A DNA stretch of 64,000 bases from Camelus dromedarius (Eukaryota): NCBI RefSeq assembly GCF_036321535.1, contig NC_087462.1, positions 10,974,001-11,038,000 on the forward strand, given 5' to 3'. The translations under genes and the position numbers were made by a program. This document shows positions 20,201-35,300 of the stretch, one piece after another (the first letter of the stretch is position 1; each line of letters starts with the position of its first letter). Under the pieces are notes generated by a model. That model searched no databases. It saw nothing but the letters and a program-made list of their open reading frames with translations, and was not told the DNA's origin.

Positions 20201-23200
20201 TGAATTCACATTCTCTGTCCTACACTGGGTATCCCATTTTCCCTGACCCTCATTGGACACTCTATGTCTGTCTACGCTAATGTCCCACATTCTCTGACTA
20301 CACTGAGGTCCACACTCTGATTTCTCATTGGCTGTTTCACCATCTCTATTTATGGTGCCTAAAAAATGCATCTCTCAGATCTCTGACTTCCATCATCATG
20401 TTTGCACCCAGTCCATGCTTCCCATGGTGCTTTCAAACAGTGTCCAAGAGCTCCCGGGACAGAGTACCGCCTCTGATGGTTACGTTGGCCCTGGCCAACA
20501 TCACCAGGGTGTCCTTAGAAAGACTGGTGGTAGAACACTTCCACAAAGCCTCCTTCTTCCTCTTCCACAGAGGCAGCAGGGCAGAGCTAGAGTCTACACC
20601 TAGAGGCATTTCCTGAACCCGGTAGCATGCCCACTGTCCCTAATGGCCCAGGACACCCCAAGCTGTCCACGTATAACAACACACACCACATGTGATACAG
20701 CCCTTTTTGGTGTCTCCAGGCTCATAGAGAGACTTAAAACATGGGGTGAACTCCCTGGAATCCAAGAGAGATTTTATTTATTTATATTATTTCCACTTTA
20801 TTTTCAAATTTTCAGTGGGGAATTCAGAATCCAAAGCACTCTATTGGGTGCCACCTAGTGGCAAATGCTGGAAGTGCAGCCTCCCAGGGATGAAGATGCA
20901 GAACCACACCCAATGGCCCTGGGGCCCACCCCAGCCTTTGAAAGCAACCCACGTTTTTATGAACTCCACTCTGGGCACTTAGCCTGTGGGCACTGACTTC
21001 AGGGACTGACCCACCTTCTTACCCATCGTTGGAGTGAGATTCAGAGGCTGAAAAGGGGCCCACTCTGGTCATGCCTCTGTTTTCCCCAGAAGACCAGCTG
21101 GCTTGGCTTCTCTCTTCCTCTTAAGCCCCTCCCTGGTCCTGTGTCTGGTTGTATGGGGAGCTGTGACTGCAACACTGTGGAAGGCCACCAGGTGGGCAGT
21201 TTATCCACCCCATGTGGATGGCCAGGGTCCTTGAGACCTGAGGAAGGGGATCCCCAGAAAGGTAACTGAGATGGAGAAATTTGCACCTGCATGGTGACCA
21301 TGGTGCATGTGGTGATGGTGCTGCTGTGGCAGGGGCTGCGTGCTTGGCTGGATCCCCAGAGTCCACTGTCATGGGTTGGGGTGGAGATAGTGGCTCACCC
21401 CTCCTCTGAGGGTAGGCAGGGACAGAAGAGAGCAGGTGGGGATGATTTAGGACCTGAATCTGAATTGGGTGAGAGAATATTCCAGCCTAACTCAGACACT
21501 CCACAGATTTCACCCCACACCCTCTGCATTCTCTGCTGCCTTCCCTGTGCAAGAGGGGTAGCAAGATGCCAATGACACCTTCTCCCCTTCACCCCACATC
21601 CCAGCCATCTGCGGGTCTGGTGCCTCTCCCTCCAAACACACCATGGGGTGTCCCTCCATCACCCCTCAGCCTCCTGCCTCTTTTTCCTCTGGACCTCAGT
21701 TCCACCCCACTGCCATAGAAGTCCCAGGGAGGGTGGCTTTTACAAACTTTCATCATGCCATGTCCCTCCCCTGAAAACTGGAGCTCCAGAACCCCAACTT
21801 CACTGGGGATGAAAGTGTCGAAGACTGGGAAGCTCAGAGGACAAACCCCAGCCTGGGTCTGGCATGTGAATGGTGCTATGTATATGGCCACTCAAGCAAA
21901 TGCTCTCACTTCACCAAAAAGTCCTATCACTTTACACATGTTCCCTTCTCTCCTTGCCCCTCTAGGGAGTCCATCCAAATTCCTGGCTAGGGAGGGGGAG
22001 TACAGGAGAAAGGGAGGTGACTGATTTTGAAGCCTCTTATGCACATGTTTGCCTCTGTATCCACATCTAGGTCTGTGTGCCCTAAGGGTAAAATCCAAGG
22101 CATTGGAAAAAATCCAATTCCTTGCAAAAAGCCTTGGAAAAAGCCCCTCTGAGGAGCGCTGGGGTGACAATAGGGGACAAGTCTTGAAATTATTGGTCAA
22201 GCTGACTTATTCACCCCAAGCCAAACTGGACCAATCAGCTTTGGATCTTGGTAGAATGATGGGGAGAAGGGAGGGGACACACAAACCTTAGAAACACTGA
22301 TACTAACACCGTATTTTTTTTTTTCACATTCCTGTCCAAATCAGTGATCTCCACTAAGCAAACCCTTTGAGAATTGTCAGAGCTGTTTCTCAGTGTGGGG
22401 CAGTGCAGAGGGCTTCCTGGAGGAGGGAACATGGAGCTGGGCCTTGGAGGGTAGGAAGCAGTCTAAAAAGGAGGCCAGTTGGGAGTTGTGGGAGGTGGCC
22501 CAGGAGGAAGGACCAGCACAGCCCTAGCTTGGAACAGTAAGTATTTCTAGGGGCCTCAGGGCAGAGGACAGAGTGGGTGGGGGCAGCCAAGGAGTTCCAG
22601 AAGGTCAGGGGTCAGATCCAAGCGCTATAAAGATTCCACTGAGACCTGGGAGGTAGCTGGAGGGGAGGAACAGATGGAGCAACATTTGGCACCTGGACCC
22701 CCAAGTCTGCCCTCACACAGGACAGGCCAAAGTGGAGGGAGTTTGCATCACGTGGAAGTGGGTGGATAAATGTCTGGGTCTCTCTTCCCTCCAGTGGAAT
22801 GAAATTGTTAGGTCCAGAGATCAAGGGATCTGCCCATTTTAAGGATGAACAGTGTAGTGGCTGTTCCTTCACGCATACTGCTCAACTGTTTTTCCCTTGT
22901 TCACGTTTCTTAACTGCTTCTTGCTACAAGCAATTGTGACCTAGCCTGGGGCTTCCCCCGAGTCCTCCACTGGACACCTCCAGGAGTCGGAGGGTAAATA
23001 GTCCAGCTTCTTGCCCCTGTGGTGGAACCACTCTAGGTGCACACTCTCAGTGGTCCCCTAGGGCCCCCAGCGGGCTGAGCACCCACTGTCCACGGTGTCA
23101 CCTGCTTGGTGTCACCTGCTCCTTGGGCTCCCTGCAGGGTTCCTCCCCTTAAGTCCCGGCCCCCACACCCCTACCAGCACTCCCAAGTCTTCTCAGGGTC

Positions 23201-23327
23201 AGATTCTGGAGGAGGTACCCCAAACCAAAAAAAGGCAAGATTGAGGCTCCTGGGGAAGAGATGAGAAGACCCAGGCAGGAGCGTGGCTCTGAGCCCCGAC
23301 AGTTTCATCCACGGACGCCACGTGTGT

Positions 23328-23333
23328 TTTATT
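23328..23333 (-). terminator. MEF2B: MEF2B polyA signal
   Basis: AATAAA on the - strand about 190 nt after the stop codon. Confidence 0.8.
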
Positions 23334-23525
23334 GATGGATACACACACAGGAAGGGGGAAGGAGCCCAGAATTGCGAATCTGAACCCAGCCTTCCCCTCT
23401 TACAACCACGGAGAGGGTCGCAACTGTTGGGTCTTCTCCAAGGACACAGGGAGAGAGGTTGAGACCCCACATGCCCTCGCTCCGCCTGGCCTGGGGGGCA
23501 GGATCGGTGCCACCCCCCGGGCCTA

Positions 23526-27384
<3,859 letters not shown>

Positions 27385-27732
27385 TGTCCCTGGCTGGGTG
27401 GAGTGACCTTGGTCTAGAGGTTGGGGAGAAGGAGGAGAGAAGAGTGGGGAGGTGGAGAGTGGGGACAGGCACACCAGCCTACCTTCTGGCTGCCCCTGCC
27501 CAGTGCTGAGAGGGAGATGAAGGGGTCCCCACCCTTGACCAGCCCAGGATGCAGTAGATGCTCATTGAACACCTTTGGCCCAGGCCTTATAAGGAGAAGG
27601 CTGACCAAAGGGAAAAGATTGAGAGGTGCAGATGCTCTCACCTGAGGCTCTAAAGCGAGACAAGCTGGTAATTGTGGGGCCCCCTAGGGCTTCCCTATTT
27701 GTGCAGTGGTGATAACAGTGTTGTGCATTGCC

Positions 27733-28481
27733 AACAATGAATGCTAGAGAGGGTGTGGAGAAAAGGTAACCTTCTTACACTGCTGGTGGGAATGTAAATT
27801 GGTGCAGCCACTATGGAAAACAGTATGGAGATTCCTTTAAAAACTAAAAATAGAGTTACTGTATGAAGTTATCGTATGATCTTACAATCCCACTCCTGGG
27901 CACATATCCAGATAAAACTCTAATTTGAAAAGATACGTGCACCCCAGTGTTCATAGCAGCACTATTTACATCAGCCAAGACATGGAAACAACCTAAATGA
28001 CTATCGACAGATGACAGGATAAAGACGATATGATATATATATATACATACATATACATACACACACACATACATATACATACACACACACAATGGAATAC
28101 CACTCAGCCATTAAAAATGAATTAATGCCATTTGCAACAACATGGAATGCACCTTGAGATTATCATTCTCAGCGAAGTCAGTTAGACAGAGACAGACAAA
28201 TATCATGTGATATCACTTATATGTGGAATATAAAAAAAATGATACAAGTGAACTTATTTACAAAACAAAGACAGACTCACAGACGTAGATAAAAAACTTA
28301 TGGTTACCAAAGGGGAAAGGGAGGGGAAGGGATAAATTAGGAGTGAGATTAGCAGATACAAACTACTATATATAAAATAGATAAACAAGGTCCAAGTGTA
28401 GAGCACAGAGAACTATATTCAATAGCTTGTAATAACCTATAATGAAAAAGAATATGAAAAAGGATATATATATATATATAT

Positions 28482-28531
<50 letters not shown>

Positions 28532-28602
28532 CTGAATCACTTTGCTGTACACCAGAAACTAACACAACATTGTAAATCAACTATACTTCAATTTAAAAAC
28601 AT
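27733..28602 (+). mobile_element. 5'-truncated L1 with 16-bp TSD and internal (TA)n, in MEF2B intron 1
   Basis: L1 ORF2 end/3' UTR (gctggtgggaatgtaaattggtgcagccactatggaaaacagtatggag...); flanks agtgttgtgcattgcc (27717-27732) and agtgttgtgcactgcc (28603-28618). Confidence 0.92.
28464..28529. repeat. (TA)n microsatellite within L1
   Basis: About 30 TA units with one gg interruption. Confidence 0.95.
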
Positions 28603-29029
28603 AGTGTTGTGCACTGCCCAATGCTCTTGGCGGGTAAAACGAGCTAACCCACATAGGGCATCCAGGTCTGCCCAGAACACAGCAGGTGCCACTTATGCGC
28701 TGCTGTTACGAACATAGACAACAGCCTAAAAGCCCTTCACAGGCCGGGCTGGAGGCTGAGCTAATGCCGGCACCCAGCGGTGCTCAGTGATCCTGAGACA
28801 CTGAAAGTGAGCCTGGTCCACACACCGAACACCTTTTAACTTGTGCAATCCCACAATAGCCCTCCAATGAACAAGGCTGAGGGCTGTGGTTACCAGAAAA
28901 CACACGTTAAAAATATATAAAACATATATTTAAAAAATTGCATTGAGAGTGGAAAAAAGACTCGAAGGAAATGCTCATGCTGGGAGTCACCGCTGGGTGG
29001 AAATTTACGGGTGAGTTTTTTCCCCGTTT

Positions 29030-29300
29030 TTAAAAATTGAGATGCCAGTCACATAACATTCACCATTTTAAAGTGTGTGATTGAGTGGCATTTAGAGCAT
29101 TCACGACATTGTGCAGCCATCACCTCTGCCTAGTTCTGGAAACTTTCATCCTCCCAAAAGTAACCCCCAGACCCAGGAGCAGTCACTCCCCATCTCTCTC
29201 CTTCAGCCCCTGGCAACCATAATCTGCTTTCTGTCTCTGTGGGATTTGCCTATTCTCGATGCTTCTTGTAAATGGAATCATATAATGTGTGGCCTTTTTG
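29030..29300 (-). mobile_element. Old L1M 3' end fragment
   Basis: cacataacattcaccattttaaagtgtg...gtgcagccatcacc...gtaaatggaatcatataatgtgtggcc. Confidence 0.75.
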
Positions 29301-32300
29301 TCTTTTTTCTTTCTTTCTGATAATTGAAATTTTCTAACTTTTCTCCCTCAGTGATTATAGATTTCTTTTTTAAAAATTTGGAGGGGAGAACATAACAGAA
29401 ACCCCAACCCCTGCCCCACTTTCCAGCAGGAGGAGGGGGAATGCCTTGGAAAGACTTTAGGCTTGGAGCCTTCAGACTGGGGGGCTTTGGGCCCAGGGCA
29501 ACTGGGGAGAAACCCTGGACCCTCCTCATGGGGATCTCGAATCTCCCTGGCGGGGGCCCCATGGGTAAAAATGAACAGCTCAGTGAGGACAGCATATCCC
29601 CAAGACAGGGTCCAGGCCTTTCCCCATGGCCCCCATGCAGGGCTCCTCGGAACCAAGGAATCATATTGCCAGTCCTGCAGCACCCACCTCGCCATACAGA
29701 TGGCCACCTCGTGGCCCCCAGGACCTGAGACCCACCTCTGCCAACTCTACGACCACACTCCACCTCTCAGCCCTCCCCTGTCACAGGTGACTGGGATCAC
29801 GCCACAGGCTTGCCCAGGGTGAAGTGGGTCTGAACTCAGGTCCCAGCCAGCCTCTGACCAGATGGACAGTCCTCAGCAAGGGAAGCCTCTCCCTTGGCCT
29901 CACTTTGCTGTTCTGTGAATGGGGTGGGCATGAAATGCCCAGTACCCAGAACAAGGCCTGGGGATGAGTTCTTGGGAAGCGTAGGGAAATGCAGGCCTGG
30001 CTGGAAGTAGCCATGCCTGCTTCCCAGACCCCAGCCCATCATTTGCAGCCCGCTATGTGACCGCAGGCACACCCTCCACCTTCTCGGGCTGGATCTCTGA
30101 GCGGTCACGATGAGGCAGCGCCCAGGCTGATGGAAGCCCCCACCTTAGCCCCACAGCTCCAGCTTGACTTGCTAAATTTAACCTCTGGGGCTAATTTTAA
30201 TCCCCGGCCGGAATCAGGCTAGTTCCCACGGCTGGGATGCATTAGCCCCTCCCCGACGGGTCCCTGGGGACAGGAGGAGGGCACTGGCCCGGAGGTCTCC
30301 ATGCCAAGATGACTCCGGAAATGCCCCCCACGCCTGGGGTCCCATGGGAACATGGGACTAGGACATGAGTCTCTGGGCCTGGAAGATCCAACCCTTGCCC
30401 CTTCTCCATCTGTCCCCATATCAGAAAAGGACATCCTGGCCAGGGCAGGGTTCACATAATGGGGGAGCACCAAGAGCTAGAAGGTCAGAGGAGGGTCTCT
30501 CTGAACTGAGACCCAAGAGTCAAGACAGGAAGTAAGTTCCAGGCAGAAGGAACGGCAGGTACAAAGGCCCTGAGGAGGGAGGGGACTCATCAACAAGGCT
30601 GGAGTGAGGAGGATGGGGAGAGGATGCTGATGCAGGGACAATCTGGGTCCTCTGAGCTGCTGGGAGAGCTGTGGGTTTTGGTCTAAGAGCAATGGAGAGC
30701 CATGAAGGGTGGGGTTTGGGTAAGAAGGGATGGGGTTTGATTCATCATTGTAAAACTTGGCCATGGCCATGGCTGCCACGGGGAGCAAGACTGCTGGAGG
30801 CAGGGATAGAGATAACAGGAGACTGGAGGGAGGCCAAGGCTGTGTCCGTCTGGGCAGAGTTGGGGGTGAGGCCCCTCTGTACTTGGCCTGCACCATGCAC
30901 CTTAAGTCACTGTTCTCCAGGGCTCCTTGGGTCCTCCAGCAGCTACCAGAGCCTCTGCCACCCCTGGAGCCAGGCCTGAAAGGCGCAGATGGGCTCATGC
31001 AGGGGTTTGACTCTTCTGACCCTTGGTGACCTTGGAATTCCCAATCCTCACCCAGGAACCAAAGTCATTCCCAGCGCTGGCCTTTGAGGGATTTACCCAC
31101 CACACGGTTCTGATCATGCCCCTCCTGTTCACAACTCTTCATGGCTCCTCACTGTCCTCAGGAAAAAAAGGAAGTCTCAGCCCCCAACCTGGCATTCGGG
31201 GTCGTGCCCCAATCAGCCCTTGCCTACCTTTCTTTACCTTTAACAAAATGTCTCTGCCTAAAAAGTCCCTTTGCCTCTTCTGTACCTGGCCAACTCCTAT
31301 TCACACTTCAAAGCCCAGCTCAAAAAATCAATTCTTCCAGGAAGCCTCCTCTGCCCTCACTCTGGACTCCCACAGCCCCTGTCCTGCCCTTCCAGCTCTG
31401 ACCCTGCGGGCCTGGGGGTGCTGTATATCCAGCTCTCCCTCTCCCCCAGACTGGAAGTCCCTCAGGACCAGACACAGGGGTGACAGGGAAGACCTGGTAA
31501 ATGGAGCAGGTCAAGAGGGACACGTCTGAACTCCCCCCAGCTTCCCTCAACAACTTCCTCTCAGACTCCCCCAGCTGACTCCTTACCCAGAAATACACGC
31601 GCATGCAAATCCAGCCACGCAGCGTTGCCCTGCCTCAGGCCCAGGTGTAAAGGGTCAGCCAAGGAATGCGGAGGCGGAAGGCCCAGGGTGTGCATATATA
31701 TTTGTACTCACATGCAAATCCCCACCCTGAGCCGCAGACAGACCTGGCGGCCCGTTCTCCAGATGTTGGCGTGATCGGAACTGCTGGGGGGAGGTGGCAG
31801 TGCGTGCTAAATGTGCAGGGCACGAGGGAGAGGCTGGGGTTGGGGGAGGCTGAGGTTGGGGGAGGCTTCTTCTGTGCACATATTTCCCCTACCCCCACCA
31901 ATGTCCAGGTAGAAAGCAGAGAGCTTGTGGCATTGGCTCAGCAGAGAGGCAGAGAGATGGACCCAATGATCTGGGAACAGAGCAGGGAAGAACAGTCAGG
32001 AGAAATCCAAGAGGGCATCTCCAAAGAGGAAGCACATAGTTGGGCCTCAGTGGAAAGACTTGACAGGGGTCTGAGCAGATGGGGCCAAGAGTCCAGTATC
32101 TCCTCACCCCTTTCTTTGCACCTCCTACTTAGCATTTATCAAGCATCAACCACGTACCAAACATTGCGAGAAACTCACCTGAAAAGACATAGAAAGCTTA
32201 AATAGACCAATGACCATAGAAAATTAGAAAAGTGATTCGAGACCTACTATTAAAAGGGCAACATTCTTTGAATGGCCTCAGACCTTTGAAAACAATGGGA

Positions 32301-32689
32301 ACTGCCTAAGTCATGATCTCTCTGAAGAGGTGACATTTGAACCGAGACTTGAAGCACAAGAGGGACATAGCCAAGCAAAGGAAGAGTCAGTCTGAGGACT
32401 ATCTGAGGAAAGAGTGTTCCTGGCAGGGGGAATTGCATGGGTAAAGGCCCAGAGTGATCATCAGTTTGGCATCTTGAAAAAAGCAAAGATGTCTGTGTGG
32501 CTGGATAGCGTGAGCAAGGGGGAGACGGAAGGGGGATGGTGGTGGAGACAGTTGTGGGGTTTGGACCATGTAGGTCGTCGTGGGCCACAGTGAAGAGTGT
32601 GGGCTTTTTCTGAGGGCAAGAGGGATCCATGGAGAGTTTGGGGGCAGGGGAGGGTCAGAATGGGATTTAACAGTTTGCAAATCCCCTTG

Positions 32690-33330
32690 TACTTTCACGC
32701 ATTGCTGGTGGGAGGGGAAACAGGTAGAGCCCCTCTGGAAAACTCTCCAGCATCTACTAAAGCGGAACACACATCTGCCCTCTGACCCAGCAACCCTCCC
32801 CTCAGTATTCACCTAAATGGGTCCATGTTTTACCAAAGGACACAGACAAGAATGTTCTCAGCAGCTTCGTTTGTCATAGCCCTGAACTGGAAATGACCCA
32901 AATGCTCTCCATTCAAGAATTGGTAAATACTTTCTGGTAGGTTCCATGGCAGACGGACTATATACAGCACAGGAAAAGGATGCATTCCAGCTCCACGCAA
33001 CTACACAGGTGAATCTCCCAGACCTTGTGCCGATTCAACAACATTGGGCTTCATAAAGGGGACACAACATGTGATTCCATCTGTGTGAAGTTCCAGAACA
33101 GACAAAGCTCACGTACAGTGACTATCAGCACAGTGGCCCCGACAAGCAGACACTATAACAGCACAGCGGGAGTCTCAGGGCTGGGGTGTTCCGGTCCCTG
33201 ATCCAGGGCCTGGGTACACAAGTGTATTTAGCTTGTGCAAACTTTTTAGCCCTACTCCAATCATCTTTGCATTTTTCTCTGAGATTTATCTCAACCAAAA
33301 GATTTTTTTTAAAAACTCCCCTCTGTTCCT
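32690..33330 (+). mobile_element. Old L1M fragment
   Basis: cattgctggtggga...ctggaaaac...atgacccaaatg...tgattccatc degenerate L1 3' region. Confidence 0.65.
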
Positions 33331-34929
33331 GGCTGCCGTGAGGAGCAGCGCCTGTCTGGGCAGGAGTGAGGTGACAGGGAGAGGCTGGGGCAGGTGTCCT
33401 GGTGGGAGATGTGGGGCCTGAACTGGGATGGGGGCCGCAGGCAGGCTGAAACAGATGGACTGTTTGGTGACGAAGGGGACAGGACATGCTAGTGGCATAT
33501 GCCTGGGGTTTGGAAGGTGCTTGGGGTTTTAGACCTGAGCACTGTTCAGGGGAAAAGTGGGGGGATGAAGGAAGATTTCTTGAATGCCTGGAGCATTATA
33601 AACTCTCTTAGGTGATACCTGTGGTCAGTAAATTCATCAACAAACACCCCTGGGGTTCTTCAGGCCATGACTGTCTCCTCTCTCTAAGATGCCTTTCTTG
33701 GAATTGGAGGTGGGGGGCTGGAAGGAATCCCACCCTCTCCTTGACCCTTCACTGCTGGCCTCTCTCCATGGAAGGACTCCATTTTCTTGCCTGTAAATGG
33801 AAGTGAGAATTCTCCCACCAGCTGGGGAGGAGGGGGCAGTGGAGGGGGTTCTATGGACCTTGTCTTCTGGCCTCCCATTAGCCAGAAGGAAGAGGGGCCT
33901 TGGAACTGGGGATGCTGAGTCAACATGCCATGTTGCAAGACCCCGGTGACAGTCACTGCGACATGCTGGACGACAGCAAACCCCCATTTCCTCCTCTATA
34001 AAATGGGTCACAGCATCCTGATCTCAAAGGTTTTGCCATGAGGCTGTGAGAGAAAAGACCAGGAACAGTCAAGTTCCTCTTCTAGGCTCCCAGTGGGGCT
34101 TTAATGGAGGGCCAAGTGGCAGAGTCACGCTGCCAGACCCTTGAGCCCAGAGGCCTCAGCTTGGTGGGGGACCCAGGCCGGGAAAGGAGAGGGGGAAAGG
34201 AGAAGTGAGAGGCAGGTGGGTGGTGGGGGGGAGGTGAGGGCCTGCGGGACGCGGCGAAGCGGGGAGGGGGCGCTGCTCCTGGGCGCTGCAGCAAATCAGG
34301 CCTGAGGCCCCGCCTCACGCAACCCAGGCGGTGGTTTCATCACCTGCTCCCCAAGTACCTCATTACAGGCGACAGGAAGAGCCCCTTGGAAAGTCGGGAC
34401 CCCCCCTCCCCTCTCTTGAGGGCTCAAGCAGCTCCGACCCCAGCTGCTGGCGACCCTCCCCCACCCCAGCCGGGGCCCCTGAGCCGCCTCTTCCCCTGGG
34501 GGCCTAGGGAGATGGTGGCCCAGGTGGGGGGGCACTGTAGGTGACCTAGGGGCTGGCTCAGCCCACAGCAGCCCCTCACCTGCCCTAGGGAGAGGGCGGG
34601 CTCTGGCAGTGACTCCTGTGTGGCCAAATTTCTCCAGGCCTGTTTCTTACCCCAGAATATGAGGAGTGGGGGGCACATCCCTGAGCTGGGGAGTGCTCTA
34701 CAGTAGGTGCTCTGGAAGTGGCATATCTCTCCTTCCCTATGCGGGTGGCTTTTGTAATCACTGGGCCCTGACCTGTCCCAGAAGGTCTTGGGGTCACTTC
34801 TCCCCAGCCCTGAGTGCCCAGCTCAGAGGGCCCCCTGCAGATCCAGGAAGGGTGCTGGGGCAGGGGGGCCAGGGAGAAGCCCTTTCCTCATATGTACAGT
34901 TGGGGGTGAGTTTGGGAGATTCTGCTCAC

Positions 34930-35300
34930 AGGGAGATCCTCAAACACATGCATCACCCCAAACACACATGGATCCCTGCATACATGAGTCCCCAAAACAC
35001 ATGTAGTGCATGATACATGTAGACCCCTCCCAGACTCACACGGCTCTCCAAACACACATATCCCAAAACACACTCAGGTCCCCCTGCACACGCGGATGCC
35101 CAATTACCTGCAGACCCCCCGAGACACACACAGAGCCCCCAACACGCCAATCCCCCAAATGCCCACAGACCTCCCAACACATGCAGATGCCCCCAAACAG
35201 ACCAGCTCCCCCACAACATGCAAACCCCCTAGACACAAGCAGATCTCCCCAAATCTGTGCTGGTCCTCCCATTACATGCAGGCCCCCAGACACAGGTAGG
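34930..35300. repeat. Degenerate CA-rich minisatellite in MEF2B intron 1
   Basis: Recurring ccccaaacacacat/gcagaccccc units. Confidence 0.6.

Noticed and set aside
34255-34280. AGGGGGCGCTG CTCF-like core
   Set aside because: The 5' half (CCASY) is missing; more likely a GC box in a GC-rich patch.
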